A DNA stretch of 63,895 nucleotides, the filler included, from Octopus bimaculoides (lineage: Eukaryota), in the NCBI RefSeq assembly GCF_001194135.2. It is 6 parts of 5 records of this genome, joined end to end, with 100 filler letters (N's around TTAATTAATTAA, not from the genome) between each part and the next. Parts side by side here need not be neighbours in the genome. Positions count along the whole stretch, not along the records: positions 1 to 15,741 come from NC_068987.1; 5 more parts are not named here. One strand, 5' to 3'. The notes beneath the pieces were generated by a model. It did no database searches, was not told the DNA's origin, and saw nothing but the letters and a program-made list of their open reading frames with translations. Positions 1 through 12,471 of this stretch are shown piece by piece. The position numbers and the translations under genes are program-made. Each line of letters begins with the position of its first letter. Within the stretch, counting starts at the first letter, position 1.

Positions 1-98
1 GGGGCAAAGCTCTTCGTCAGATACAGAAGGCGGAGCAAAGTCCAAGAGAAAAGGAGGACGGATGAATAAAATCACCAATACATATATACATATATTAT

Positions 99-152
<54 letters not shown>
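99..152. repeat. (GATA)n microsatellite
   Basis: Direct reading of the TAGA/GATA tandem run. Confidence 0.95.
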
Positions 153-928
153 TACATATATATCTGCACACTATATGCACTCACATATACACAGTGCATG
201 TGGCAGGATATTCAGAGCCTTATGCTAGCCCCACAAATGCGTATCCTTACCTCGACGTGTAGAAGCACATCCTCGGAACATACTTCTCCTGTACGCTATA
301 AATTTGACAAGTCCGCTAATCCTTATGAAAATATATTTTATCTAGCCTCCATCCTTTTTATGCCAGCTCACGTGAAATCTACAACACAGGTATCGAACGT
401 AAATCAGAGCAAATGTGTTACGTAGTAAAAATTGAAATACCTCACACAAATTAATGTCACTGATTATAACAACACAAGTTGCACTCGCACACCACTGTGT
501 TCAAACCCTGTGTTTTAATTTCCTCATTTCCTCTAAAATCAAAATGTAGGTGACTCACCTGAGAAAAGTGTTCACGACCTTTGACCGCGTTTATGACACC
601 GCTCCGGTATACATATATAAATATGGATGCACACACAAACACACACACACACACACACACACACANNNNNNNNNNNNNNNNNNNNNNNNNNNNNNNNNNN
701 NNNNNNNNNNNNNNNNNNNNNNNNNNNNNNNNNNNNNNNNNNNNNNNNNNNNNNNNNNNNNNNNNNNNNNNNNNNNNNNNNNNNNNNNNNNNNNNNNNNN
801 NNNNNNNNNNNNNNNNNNNNNNNNNNNNNNNNNNNNNNNNNNNNNNNNNNNNNNNNNNNNNNNNNNNNNNNNNNNNNNNNNNNNNNNNNNNNNNNNNNNN
901 NNNNNNNNNNNNNNNNNNNNNATATATG

Positions 929-1530
929 CAGGGTGTCTTAAAATTAATGCAACCAACATTCGTGTCCAAGCGCTGCAATATAATGGTAAAGGAAACACAA
1001 TCATCACACTATCAAATTTATTTGATACGACTACTACTGCTTGGAATCACACCATTAAGTCATGGTGCGAATGTTTCACACGCGGCACGTAGTCGTTCTT
1101 GCGGAATCGCATCCAATTTCTGGTGCAGTTTTGCTTTCAGCGCGACCAGCGAAGCACGGGCATTGTTGAAGACACCTCGTCACCAAAACTGACGAAAGAG
1201 AAATGTCAAACTAGTTGAGACTGTGGCTTCTTGAAGACCATACATCCTTGCCTATGAACAACGGAATGTTTTTTTCTGAATGCCGTGTCGTGTCTGTTTG
1301 TAGGTGTGGGATGGTACCGAGTAACGTCGTGACTCCAAGGTACACCTTGGAAGTGCTCATTCGCCTATGGAACCTATTCAACTGCCAGAATGTCGATAAT
1401 ATGTCGTTGGGTTAAAATCTTAACACACGAGTGTACAAAATGACCTTCCACTGGCTGCCACAGCCGCCCAAATGGTAACTGATGGAGCCAGATTACACTC
1501 CAAAGTGGGTATAGTTGTGAAAAACAACTC
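929..1530 (-). mobile_element. Degenerate Tc1/mariner transposase 3' half, maT/DD37D-like, with one terminal repeat
   Basis: Manual minus-strand translation across stops and frameshifts gives SVTIWAAVAASGRS, VKI..QRHIIDILAVE*VP*ANEHFQGVPWS, KNIPLFIGKDVWSSRSHSLN*FD (degenerate WPPxSPDLNPLD) and LKAKLHQKLDAIPQERLRAACETF. A CAGGGTGT TIR-like start is at 929. Confidence 0.7.
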
Positions 1531-2054
1531 ATTTATATGATATAACTAACTAGAAATATAATACTTTTTGAGAATGTTTTCAATTTTGTATAATTCTTCT
1601 TTGAAGTTTGGAGGCTGAATAACTTACATAATCATAGTTTCGACAGAGTCTGAAGTCATTCTTTGTAATAGAATAACACAGGAATGAGCTATTGTTCATA
1701 AATGGCTCAATGATTTTAATATAATGGAGGCAATTACTTTATCGAATCGTTAATATGAATCCCTATAGACCAGTGTTGGACAATAAGGATATCTTATTTT
1801 TAGAACGGTTACGTGACAGATATTCCTGAATAAAGAACACCTTTGTTGAAGCCAATTTATGTATTGTAAAAGTGATTCATTAATACAGGGTGTATATGAG
1901 ACAACATAAACAAAAATCACAGTAAAGATATCAAATGATCATGTTAACGATCAATTATTTATGAAGGTGAAGACTATCACTATAATTTGCAACAGTAGAT
2001 ATATTTCTAGAATCAACATATAGCTGGGTTTACTTCATTTTATTTATCTTAGTA

Positions 2055-2230
2055 TTATCGTTTATCCTTTACTTATTTGAGTCATTAGACAGCGGTCATG
2101 CTGAGGCACCACATTGCAGAATACTTTTAGTCGATTGTAACGACCCTAGTACTTTTAATGTTTGGTACTTAAGCTATTGGTTTTTTTTTTTTTTGCCGAA
2201 CCGCTAAATTACGGGGGACATAAAACACCA
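2055..2230 (-). mobile_element. SINE family A, 3' fragment
   Basis: Matches the tail of the intact copy at 31916-32398 (GCCGAACCGCTAA(G/A)TTACGGGG; GTCATT.GAC.G.GG.CAT.CTG). Confidence 0.75.
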
Positions 2231-2670
2231 TCACATAAAGAAGGACGACATGCAGCTAAGTATTTTACCTTGGGTGCTAACGATTCTATCAACTTGCTGC
2301 CTTCCAATATTACTTGAGTTATTATGAATAATTCTAGTATCCATGATCCAATGGGATTCTAGGTTACTCATGAAAGTGTAAGATATAGTAGAACTTCAAT
2401 GCAATAATTAGAACTAAACATACGTTTATCAGTTATACTTATCAGCTCCCAATGTATGTATGTAACCGGAAGTGTTGAACAAACGACGTTAAGAATATAT
2501 TGTTTGATACAGCACAATGCTGATGACTGAGTGAAAATCGATGGCTCATCCACCTGAAAGTTGACTTCCTCTATGAAATTGGCCGTCTCTAATTTTTATA
2601 AATACTACATCAATTAATAAAATGATGTCAAATTCAGTGAAAGTATATTTTAAGATGTGTATTTAAATAG

Positions 2671-3030
2671 GTGTAGAGGCGCAATGGCCCAGCGGTTAGG
2701 GCAGCGGACTCGCGGTTTCGAATCCCAGTCCGAACGTTGTGAGTGTTTATTGAGCGAAAACACCTAAAGCTCCACGAGGCTCCGGCAGGGGATGGTGGTG
2801 AACTCTGCTGTACTCTTTCACCACAACTTTCTCTCTCTTTCCTTCTGTTTTTGTTGTACCTGTAATTCAAAGGGTCAGCCTTGTCACACTGTGTCACGCT
2901 GAATATCCCCGAGAACTACGTTAAAGGTACACGTGTCTGTGGAGTGCTCAGCCACTTGCACGATAATTTCACAAGCAGGCTGTTCCGTTGATCAGATTAA
3001 CTGGAACCAGCAACGGAGTGCCAACACACA
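2671..3030 (+). mobile_element. tRNA-headed SINE family B
   Basis: A box TGGCCCAGCGGTTAGG and B box GGTTTCGAATCCC. Body matches the copy at 31120-31508. Possible ATTTAAATA target duplication at 2661 and 3031. Confidence 0.85.
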
Positions 3031-3769
3031 CATTTAAATAAGTATGTTATGTTTTATGATCACTTACCATTTATAGTAGAATATTAATGATTTTTTATAG
3101 TTTAGTTGAAAGGTTTCTATGTGGTTCAATCTTCTTCTCACTATCACGTTTCATAGTCATGGTAAATATATGTTAGTATAGCTCACTGTACATCATGCAT
3201 TTTCAATTGCTGCCTCACTTATTAACGAAACTATATAAAGAAACATGCCAAAGTATTCAGTGTGTAGCTGAAAGAGTTCATACAAAACATAACTGACATT
3301 TGACTTGCATAACAAAAGCATACTTGCACAAGTTAAATTTTAGATATACATTATAAAAGACATTTAACTTAAGGGACTATTTAAATGCTGTCTTTTCATT
3401 GTACGTATAGTTAATACAGTGATATATAAGAATTCAATAAACACAAATGTTTTATTTGGAACGTTTTGTTATTTCAAAATATACTTTACTTTCGTACGAC
3501 GTATTTAGCATTACTCTCATTCATAAAGCACATTCAATTTTCAAGAGTACATTCCACGACCCTATTCAATGCATTTGTATAAGGTAACGTATGTAGTGCA
3601 AAAGATAAAAATTGCCTAGAGTGCATCGATATAATGAATGTGTTTCGTAAAGGAACTAGATAATACATTGACAAATTTCTTGACTTAAGCGTTAGCGATA
3701 GAAATATAGCGATACCACTTTGAAGTTCACAAAAACTAGTTCACTCAAACACACACACGCATACACACA

Positions 3770-3813
<44 letters not shown>

Positions 3814-4688
3814 NNNNNNNNNNNNNNNNNNNNNNNNNNNNNNNNNNNNNNNNNNNNNNNNNNNNNNNNNNNNNNNNNNNNNNNNNNNNNNNNNNNNNNN
3901 NNNNNNNNNNNNNNNNNNNNNNNNNNNNNNNNNNNNNNNNNNNNNNNNNNNNNNNNNNNNNNNNNNNNNNNNNNNNNNNNNNNNNNNNNNNNNNNNNNNN
4001 NNNNNNNNNNNNNNNNNNNNNNNNNNNNNNNNNNNNNNNNNNNNNNNNNNNNNNNNNNNNNNNNNNNNNNNNNNNNNNNNNNNNNNNNNNNNNNNNNNNN
4101 NNNNNNNNNNNNNNNNNNNNNNNNNNNNNNNNNNNNNNNNNNNNNNNNNNNNNNNNNNNNNNNNNNNNNNNNNNNNNNNNNNNNNNNNNNNNNNNNNNNN
4201 NNNNNNNNNNNNNNNNNNNNNNNNNNNNNNNNNNNNNNNNNNNNNNNNNNNNNNNNNNNNNNNNNNNNNNNNNNNNNNNNNNNNNNNNNNNNNNNNNNNN
4301 NNNNNNNNNNNNNNNNNNNNNNNNNNNNNNNNNNNNNNNNNNNNNNNNNNNNNNNNNNNNNNNNNNNNNNNNNNNNNNNNNNNNNNNNNNNNNNNNNNNN
4401 NNNNNNNNNNNNNNNNNNNNNNNNNNNNNNNNNNNNNNNNNNNNNNNNNNNNNNNNNNNNNNNNNNNNNNNNNNNNNNNNNNNNNNNNNNNNNNNNNNNN
4501 NNNNNNNNNNNNNNNNNNNNNNNNNNNNNNNNNNNNNNNNNNNNNNNNNNNNNNNNNNNNNNNNNNNNNNNNNNNNNNNNNNNNNNNNNNNNNNNNNNNN
4601 NNNNNNNNNNNNNNNNNNNNTTCTAAGAAGCATTTTGTAGAATAATGCGAAGTAAATGCAAAGCAAATTACAAGAAAACAAATATATG

Positions 4689-5865
4689 AATTAATGTAGA
4701 CTTAACTTGTATTCAATATTTCGGGTTTATGAACACATTTTCAAGAAATTAACGAATGTTGCCGATGTGCGTATGTGTGAGAGTGTCTGGAGTGGACATG
4801 CGCGGAAAAGTGCTGCTATAGCAACCAGTTAGCCTCCTGTAACTCTCTTCTGTTGTTGATCTTAGGTTTCTTTTGGTGTATGAGGATTATCTCAGAGATT
4901 CTAAGGTTGCCCCTGTTCCGTTGTGTTGCTGTGATGTGCACTGTGAATTCCCGGGTCTGGTATTTCCGTAGACATTTATTTACAGAAGTGTCTGCCAGCA
5001 TGTGTTCCTTAATGCGTATATGCAGTCCTCTTCTTGTGCATATTATGTAGGATGCGTCACATTTGCCACAGATGATCTCGTAGACAAGATAGGGCCTCTG
5101 GTACAATTCAGGGTCATTGATGGGGTAGTTCTATAGTGTGCACTCCTTGGAGTACTGAGAGGTTTTGTTCCTGGATAGAGCTTTTCTCAGTGAAGGGTCG
5201 GGGTGCACTATCGTTATACCGATTCCTTCCCCGTGGACTGCGTGTTGCATCGCTGCAGTTGTTCTGTCGTCAAAGTATGGTAGCTTGAGGAAGCACGTAC
5301 CGGACTTGGGAGTATGATGGTTCTTCCGGGGTTTATTGACCCTGGTGTTCTTTAGGCGCCGTTGTTTATTTAAAGATGGTGGGTAACCATTCAGCGTTAG
5401 GTCTCTGAGGAACTGTTTGGTGTTCACGACTTCGTCGGCCACGTTGCTGCAATTCTTATTTATACGTGCAATCTCGTTTCTCACGTACGAGGCTTTGTCT
5501 CAGATGGATAATGCTGATTAGTAGTGGACGAGGAGTTTTCTATTAGCGGCTTTTTTGTACAATTTGGTAAATATGCAGCCTTCCTTTGTGATCTTGAGTT
5601 AAATGTCGAATAGAGAGAGGGTTCCGGATTCGTTTCGATGTTCAATCTCGAATTTCATGTTTGTCAGTGTTATTGAAGGTCCGGTGTATGTTAATGGCCT
5701 CATCCCTGGAGGACGTGATGATAAGGATGTCATCAACATACCTGGAGAAGAAGATGCATGAGCAGCAGGTGTTGAGTGCTGTGCACATCGGCAACAGTCG
5801 TTAATTTCTTGGAAATGAGGACCATAGTCCCGAAATATTGAATACAAGTTAAGTCTACGTTAATT
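4689..5865. repeat. 82/83-bp inverted repeat pair (4689-4770 and 5783-5865) bracketing the PLE relic
   Basis: The reverse complement of 4689-4770 aligns to 5783-5865 (GCACATCGGCAACA.TCGTTAATTTCTTG...CCCGAAATATTGAATACAAGTTAAGTCTAC.TTAATT), roughly 85-90% identity by eye. Confidence 0.9.
4771..5782 (-). mobile_element. Penelope-like element relic (RT C-terminus + GIY-YIG endonuclease), frameshifted
   Basis: Minus-strand frames give FFSRYVDDILII, MKFEIEH..GTLSLFDI, VRNEIARINKNCS..LNGYPP, LKLPYFDD, LVYEIICGKCDASYI..TRRGLHIRIKEH and EIILIHQKKPKIN. Confidence 0.9.
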
Positions 5866-7910
5866 AGCATTGTTCTGCCCTTACCCACGATCCTTTATAC
5901 AATACAAACTACAAACACACACACACACACGTACACACACACACACACACACACAAATATATATATATATNNNNNNNNNNNNNNNNNNNNNNNNNNNNNN
6001 NNNNNNNNNNNNNNNNNNNNNNNNNNNNNNNNNNNNNNNNNNNNNNNNNNNNNNNNNNNNNNNNNNNNNNNNNNNNNNNNNNNNNNNNNNNNNNNNNNNN
6101 NNNNNNNNNNNNNNNNNNNNNNNNNNNNNNNNNNNNNNNNNNNNNNNNNNNNNNNNNNNNNNNNNNNNNNNNNNNNNNNNNNNNNNNNNNNNNNNNNNNN
6201 NNNNNNNNNNNNNNNNNNNNNNNNNNNNNNNNNNNNNNNNNNNNNNNNNNNNNNNNNNNNNNNNNNNNNNNNNNNNNNNNNNNNNNNNNNNNNNNNNNNN
6301 NNNNNNNNNNNNNNNNNNNNNNNNNNNNNNNNNNNNNNNNNNNNNNNNNNNNNNNNNNNNNNNNNNNNNNNNNNNNNNNNNNNNNNNNNNNNNNNNNNNN
6401 NNNNNNNNNNNNNNNNNNNNNNNNNNNNNNNNNNNNNNNNNNNNNNNNNNNNNNNNNNNNNNNNNNNNNNNNNNNNNNNNNNNNNNNNNNNNNNNNNNNN
6501 NNNNNNNNNNNNNNNNNNNNNNNNNNNNNNNNNNNNNNNNNNNNNNNTATATATATATTACTTTAATCCTTCGAGAGAAATATATAGCCGAAATTATAAT
6601 TGAGAGTGGCAACTTTAATCAAACCACTATTTTGAAATCGCAAGTGCGGGAAATGTTTTCAAACATCAAAATTATGCTCCATAAATATTCAGTTTTCCCA
6701 GAGAACATCAGTGTTTTGTTTAAATACAAACTTAACCCGAAGGACATGGTTTCCTTTTCTATTTTAAATTTTATCTTTTAAAGTTTTTCTCATATCGTTT
6801 TTAGACCATGTAAATGAGCGCTGAGACATTTAAATGTTTGTTTTTAATTTCTTCCGTTTTTATTATTTTTTAAATGTTTGTTTGTTTTATTTTAAACTGC
6901 TTTTAAATTCGAATTAAACATTTCTTCTCTAAACAAGTATTTCAGATTCCTTAAAAAAAGGTGAAGAAAAATTAAGAGAAAATGTTACTGTTGTTTTATA
7001 TAAGCTTCAGGAATTTTCTGATCTGGCAAGCTGACATACAACCACTTGCAAATATATTTGCTTCTTTTTTTATCAACGTTGTCTTGATATTTTCCTAACG
7101 AAATTACTTACATCCTATGAATCATTTCCACTAGCCATACGGAGATACTATATTTCAGATATTTCAATCATTATAAATCCCGAAAATACTTTATAGTTCA
7201 TATATATTTCGATACAGTATGGTGCAGGGGTGTAACCAACTCTTCTACAGCTTTAGAGAAAGAAGTATCAAGCAGGTGTAATAATTAATCACTAGCAGCA
7301 CAGAGACTCAATTCAGTCTCAGTTGCTATTAGATCCAATAATAATCCGTCTAGATCTAGAATAAGTGTGTATCACACACAGGTCACTGTCAATCAGTAAA
7401 TATTGTATTCGTTTATACGTGAGTCACTAACGATAAAGACGTAATGTAAAATGTTTGAAGCGAGTAGTCATTGATTTGAGGTTTTGGCTTAACAATCTGT
7501 TGTTAGCAGGATGGATATAATTATCTATCAATGGCTTCGTTGCTGTTTTTAACACTTTTCATACTGTCGATTCTAAATTCTGTTTTTACCACAATCAATC
7601 AATGTAAATTTAAGGAGCAAAGAGTTCATGAAAATTTTCTGCTGTCATCTCAAGCACACTTATCAGTGACTTTGAAGAACTAAACACACAAAATGAAAAT
7701 AAACATTTTCATCCACCATTTCCAAATATAATACACTGTGGAATGATGATTGAAAAAGAAGTGAGGGTAGTCATAGAATATAAATGCTTCCGACACGTGA
7801 AATGAGCTTTGATAGCTACGGGAGCCTTTGTCATACTTAGCCTTGGATTGCAAAACAAAAGGAAGTATTCTATGTATACATATGAGCAATAGAAAATCTC
7901 TGATGAATGT

Positions 7911-8007
7911 AATGAGTATTGGCTACATAGAAGCACAATGGGTATTGGCTACATAGAAGCACAACCAGTTTGTATCCTATCTACAAGAGATAAGATACAA
8001 ACTGGTT
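7911..8007. repeat. 26-bp tandem duplication directly followed by a 20-bp-stem hairpin
   Basis: Units 7911-7936 and 7937-7962 differ at 1 position. Arms 7963-7982 and 7988-8007 have 1 mismatch, with loop ACAAG. Confidence 0.9.
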
Positions 8008-8250
8008 TGGAACCTTCAGATTTTCTACACTGATTATAAATTCACATGTTATACCAATAATAATTGGTAGAGTTATCTATGTTATTACATGTCCAGATAA
8101 TTTCAAAAATCTCCAATTTTTAAGCAAAGAAAGAGACCGGCTAACATGAAACTTACAGATATCAATAGGTGAGTGGAACAGTGGAAATATGCACCATTTT
8201 CATCAGACTTTACCATTATTCTTGTCTTAGTATAAATTCCAGTGAAACTA

Positions 8251-9505
8251 TTGGATCATCCCATAAATAATGCGGTTTTTTTATACTTTTATTTTTCAAA
8301 ATTAAGATAAACAAAGTTTTTTTTAAATCTAAAATATACTCTTTCATTTTCTACAAGGGACTTCCATTCATCTGGTAGTTTTGCAAGCCCCCTCTTCCAA
8401 TATTCCCTTGTCCGTGACAATAAATACAGCTCCAATACTGTTCAGACCTCCTCTACAGAATTCAGAATTTTTTCCGTCAAAATGACTTTGAAAACTATGG
8501 AATAAATGATAATCAGATGGAGCAATGTCCGACGAATATGGTGGGTATCGTTTCCCATTCAAACTGCTCCAGCCTTTGGAATGTCATCCTCGCTGTATCT
8601 GGCCGAGCATTATCCTGATGGAAGAACACCTTTCATCTTGAAACTAAATATGGTCATATTTCCTAGTGCTGACTTAAGCCGCCCAAGCTGCACGCAGTTG
8701 ATATCTTTTGCTGTCATTTGGCTTGGGTTTAAAAGTTCAACGTGGACTAAACATTTCATATCGCAGCAAACAAATAACAACACCTTACGTGGGTGAAGAC
8801 CTTTAGCCTTGGGTGCCGGTGTTTCTCCTTTCCCTGTCTTCAGCGATTGACATTTTTACAGAAAACCTATTTCTCGTCATGATTCGGTCCAAAAAGATTG
8901 ATTGGTTTCATGTGACGTGACAGCGAAGAAGATCTCTTATCTCTGCGCGCGATTAGACTCGGAAAGTTTGTGACGAATCTATTGACCTAATTTGCTGACT
9001 TTTTCGATGGCACGCAGGTGTCTGAATGGTTGAATGACCAAATCCAATCTTCTCCGCAAGTTCCTGAACATTTATGATGAGATTTTGTTCCACCGGGGTT
9101 AGAAGAACGTCCTCGTCGAGCTCTACAGATCTTTCAGGATGACGCTCGTCTTCTAGGCTGTAGTTTCCGGTTCGGAATTTCTGGAATCTCCATTGACACT
9201 GGCTTACGCTTTTTGTCGGATCCCCATATACTGCATTAATATTCCTCGCACTTTTCATTGTTTTGTTGCCTTTATAGAACTCACAAAGCAAAATATGCCA
9301 AATATGCTCCTTTGTTACTACTATTATAGCTTTGAAAAAATAACTGTAAAATCGAACTGCACTCTTCAAAACTTGCATTAAAAATAAGTACAAGGTAGAA
9401 TTACTACCTGTTTTTATAGCAAGTTGATGCAAGTAGTTTATCCCGTCCCCTCCGACTTTTAGTTCATGCAATTGAAAAACCCGCATTACTTATGGTATGA
9501 CCCAA
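8251..9505 (-). mobile_element. Full-length degenerate mariner (DD34D-type) element, ~1.25 kb
   Basis: TIRs TTGGATCATCCCATAAATAATGCGGTTTTT (8251) and AAAAACCCGCATTACTTATGGTATGACCCAA (ending 9505), flanked by TA. Transposase fragments EHIWHILLCEF..FQKFRTGNYSLEDE and YPPYSSDIAPSDYHLF. Confidence 0.92.
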
Positions 9506-9654
9506 TAAATCATTCCTGTTAGAGGTAATGATAATAAATAAATAAAAGTAAAGTTAAATCGGTGTGTGTGTATGTGTGTGTTATTTAAAATTAAAGTTTA
9601 GATAGGAAACTTAAGTGTAGTATCCAAATCTTGTTTTGGGTATGTCCCTAGTAG

Positions 9655-9935
9655 TGAGCCTGCAGAGCACGTTCACCAGTTACGGCTACCAGAGGGCGTC
9701 CGCAGTACTGCAACTTTGTCGCAGGATCTGCGTAGGGAATTCCTCGGTGCACGTTTTGTATATTTTAAATTATTGATGCGGAAGATAGTGTGTACCGAAA
9801 CCGTTATTAAGTATAACATTCGTTTCAGTTGACTCTTGCACCCATCAGGGAGCAGTGCAAAAGTAAACCGAAACGATCGTTGTGCTTAATAAAGCTTCCA
9901 GTACACTCTGTCTTCTGTATCAATCATCTAATACA
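9655..9935. repeat. Unclassified GC-richer interspersed-repeat-like segment with a 21-bp-stem hairpin (9821-9875)
   Basis: Arms CGTTTCAGTTGACTCTTGCAC and GTGCAAAAGTAAACCGAAACG (3 mismatches), 13-nt loop. Composition differs from the flanks. Confidence 0.55.
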
Positions 9936-10144
9936 CACACACACTGACACACAAACTCACAGATGCATACATACTTTCATAAATACATAATATATGCATA
10001 CATATATAACTAACTGAAAATCGTTATCTCCCTCTCCCCGCTAATCTCAGTAAAGTACAGCCAATAAGCTCAATACTTTGTGCAAACTTTGTAATACTTG
10101 ACATTTTAGATAGCTTTCTTTTTGTATTATATTTTAAAGTAGAA

Positions 10145-10230
10145 TATATATGTGGGTGTATATGTATGTATGTATGTATGTATTTATGTATGTATGTATG
10201 TATGTATGTATCTATCTATCTATCTATCTC

Positions 10231-10275
<45 letters not shown>

Positions 10276-10310
10276 GAATATGTGCGTGCGTGCGTGCGTA
10301 TGTACGTATG
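10145..10310. repeat. Compound (TATG)n/(TATC)n/(TGCG)n microsatellite
   Basis: Direct reading. Confidence 0.95.
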
Positions 10311-10968
10311 TGTTTGCTCTTCAAAAACTTTAAATAATGTAAAAGAAATCACGTGACAAAAAACCTTCTGATTAATGAATTTATAACGCCGAAAATGAAA
10401 TTAGGTAATTTGAAACATTAACATTTAGAAGAAAACATAAATGCAACAAAATTCAATGATTTGTGATGACCTACAGTTGTAAAGAGATAATAATTTACTA
10501 CTTCACTTTTCCCACTACATAAAATAAAATACAAATCTATTGTGTCTATAAGAAATTCTATAAGCAAATTCTATTTGCAAAGAAACATAGTAAAAGAGAA
10601 TTAACAGAATAAATGGCAAATATATTGAAAGTTCTGAGTTCTGAGTTCTGAGTTCTGAGTATTAACACTGTTGTTTACCATAGTATCTTGGGATGAACAT
10701 TTTAAGAAACTCTTCAAGGGAGAATGTACTCTAAAAAGTGTGCAAAAGACAATGATACGGAACGTCCGGAACTTAAAGTTGTGTTTAACATGGAACAGGG
10801 AAAATGTTTCCCGAATTCTTTACTAATATTCTATGAATGCATAAACACGTTGCCACAGATATCTATTTAACGTTGGTACACAAATAAATATGTGTATGTA
10901 TGTGAGGTGAGTATGATCTGTACAATATATATCTAGGTATATATGTTTATGTATACGTATATATGTAC

Positions 10969-11055
<87 letters not shown>

Positions 11056-11064
11056 TATATAAAA

Positions 11065-12362
11065 GCTCCCACACAAACGGACGGAAGGGATACTATGCCC
11101 TATCCATAAGAGAGAAGGCAGAGCAAAAATTAAATATTATAGGCCTATACCTCTGACCTCACACATCAGCAAGATCACGAACGAATAGTCCACCAGAAAC
11201 TAATCGCGTTCTTTGAAGAACATGACTTGCTGACTTACACTCGGCATGGATTTCTACCAGGTAGAAGCTGCCTGACACAGTTTTGTAATATTACGGCTGT
11301 GTGTTATAACAGCTGCTAAATGATTCAAGTGTGGATGTAATATATCTCGACCACGATAAAGTTGACCGTGGTATGATATGTCACAAACAGCGTGATCTTG
11401 ACATAGTCGGAAAGCATGGGGATTGGCTGCACGACTTTCTAAACGGTAGACGTCAGGCAGTGGTCGCCAATGGAGCCACCTCAAAGAAGATACAAACAAT
11501 AAGTGGTGTTACAGAGAGAATTGTCTTAGAGTCACTACTATTCATAGTGGTCTTCTCAGACATGCCTTCAGATGCTCAGATAGCCACACTTGCTAGCTAT
11601 GCAGATGACACAAAAGTCTCTCAGACAATACAAAATACTGCAACGGGAGTTGGATGCAATATACAGGTGGGCTGAGGACAACAACATGCAGTTTAATGCA
11701 GGAAAATTCCAAGCCCTGTCCTCCGAGCACACAAAGCTGAGCGACATGCAGACAGGATACACTGGCCCAGGATGAATTGCAATCCCTGAATCAAAATGAG
11801 TGTGTGACCTAGGTATTGGCATGAGCAATGATGCATCTTTCCAGGTGCATATTACCAATGTAAATATAGACGGCTAGCTGGATGGATCCTCCGAACTTTC
11901 AAAACAAGAGAAAAGGAGACAATAATTGTCTTTTCGAAGGCATACGTCTTCAGTCGCTTGGACTACTGCTCCCAACTATGGTCGCGGAACTCGAAACAAT
12001 CCAACAAAGCTTCGCAAAGAAAATCGTCTCAATGCAACATATAAGTTACTGGGAGAGATTGAAAGAATTAAAATGCTTCTTCCTAGAATGAAGGCGAGAA
12101 AGATATGCAGTGATATATATCTGGAAAATCCCGGAAGTCCTTGTACCAAACTGTGGCATTGAAAGTTACAGAAAGAGCCTCTACATATTGCCAAAGTTCC
12201 CAGTATCACCATCAAAATACAGGATCAGATACTGCAAAAGCTTGGGTTTCAAGGGACCACAGATCTTCGATATATTTCCAAAATACTTGAGAGACCTGCA
12301 TGGTGTAGATGTAGGTGTTTTAAAAACAAAACTGCATCTCCTCTTGTCAAGGGTTCCAAATG
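11065..12362 (+). mobile_element. CR1/L2-like LINE reverse transcriptase relic, 3' part
   Basis: Frameshifted motifs YRP..LTSHISK, HGFLPGRSCLTQ, VDVIYLD, WLHDFLNGRRQAVVANG, SYADDTK, WAEDNNMQFNAGKFQAL, SYWERLKELK and GFKGPQIF. Ends in a (GATA)n run. Confidence 0.88.

Positions 12363-12471
<109 letters not shown>

Noticed and set aside
457-6781. Long ORFs spanning N-runs (also at 20.7, 24.2, 29.6, 33.8 and 56.6 kb)
   Set aside because: Open only because N codons translate as X. The flanks are microsatellites.
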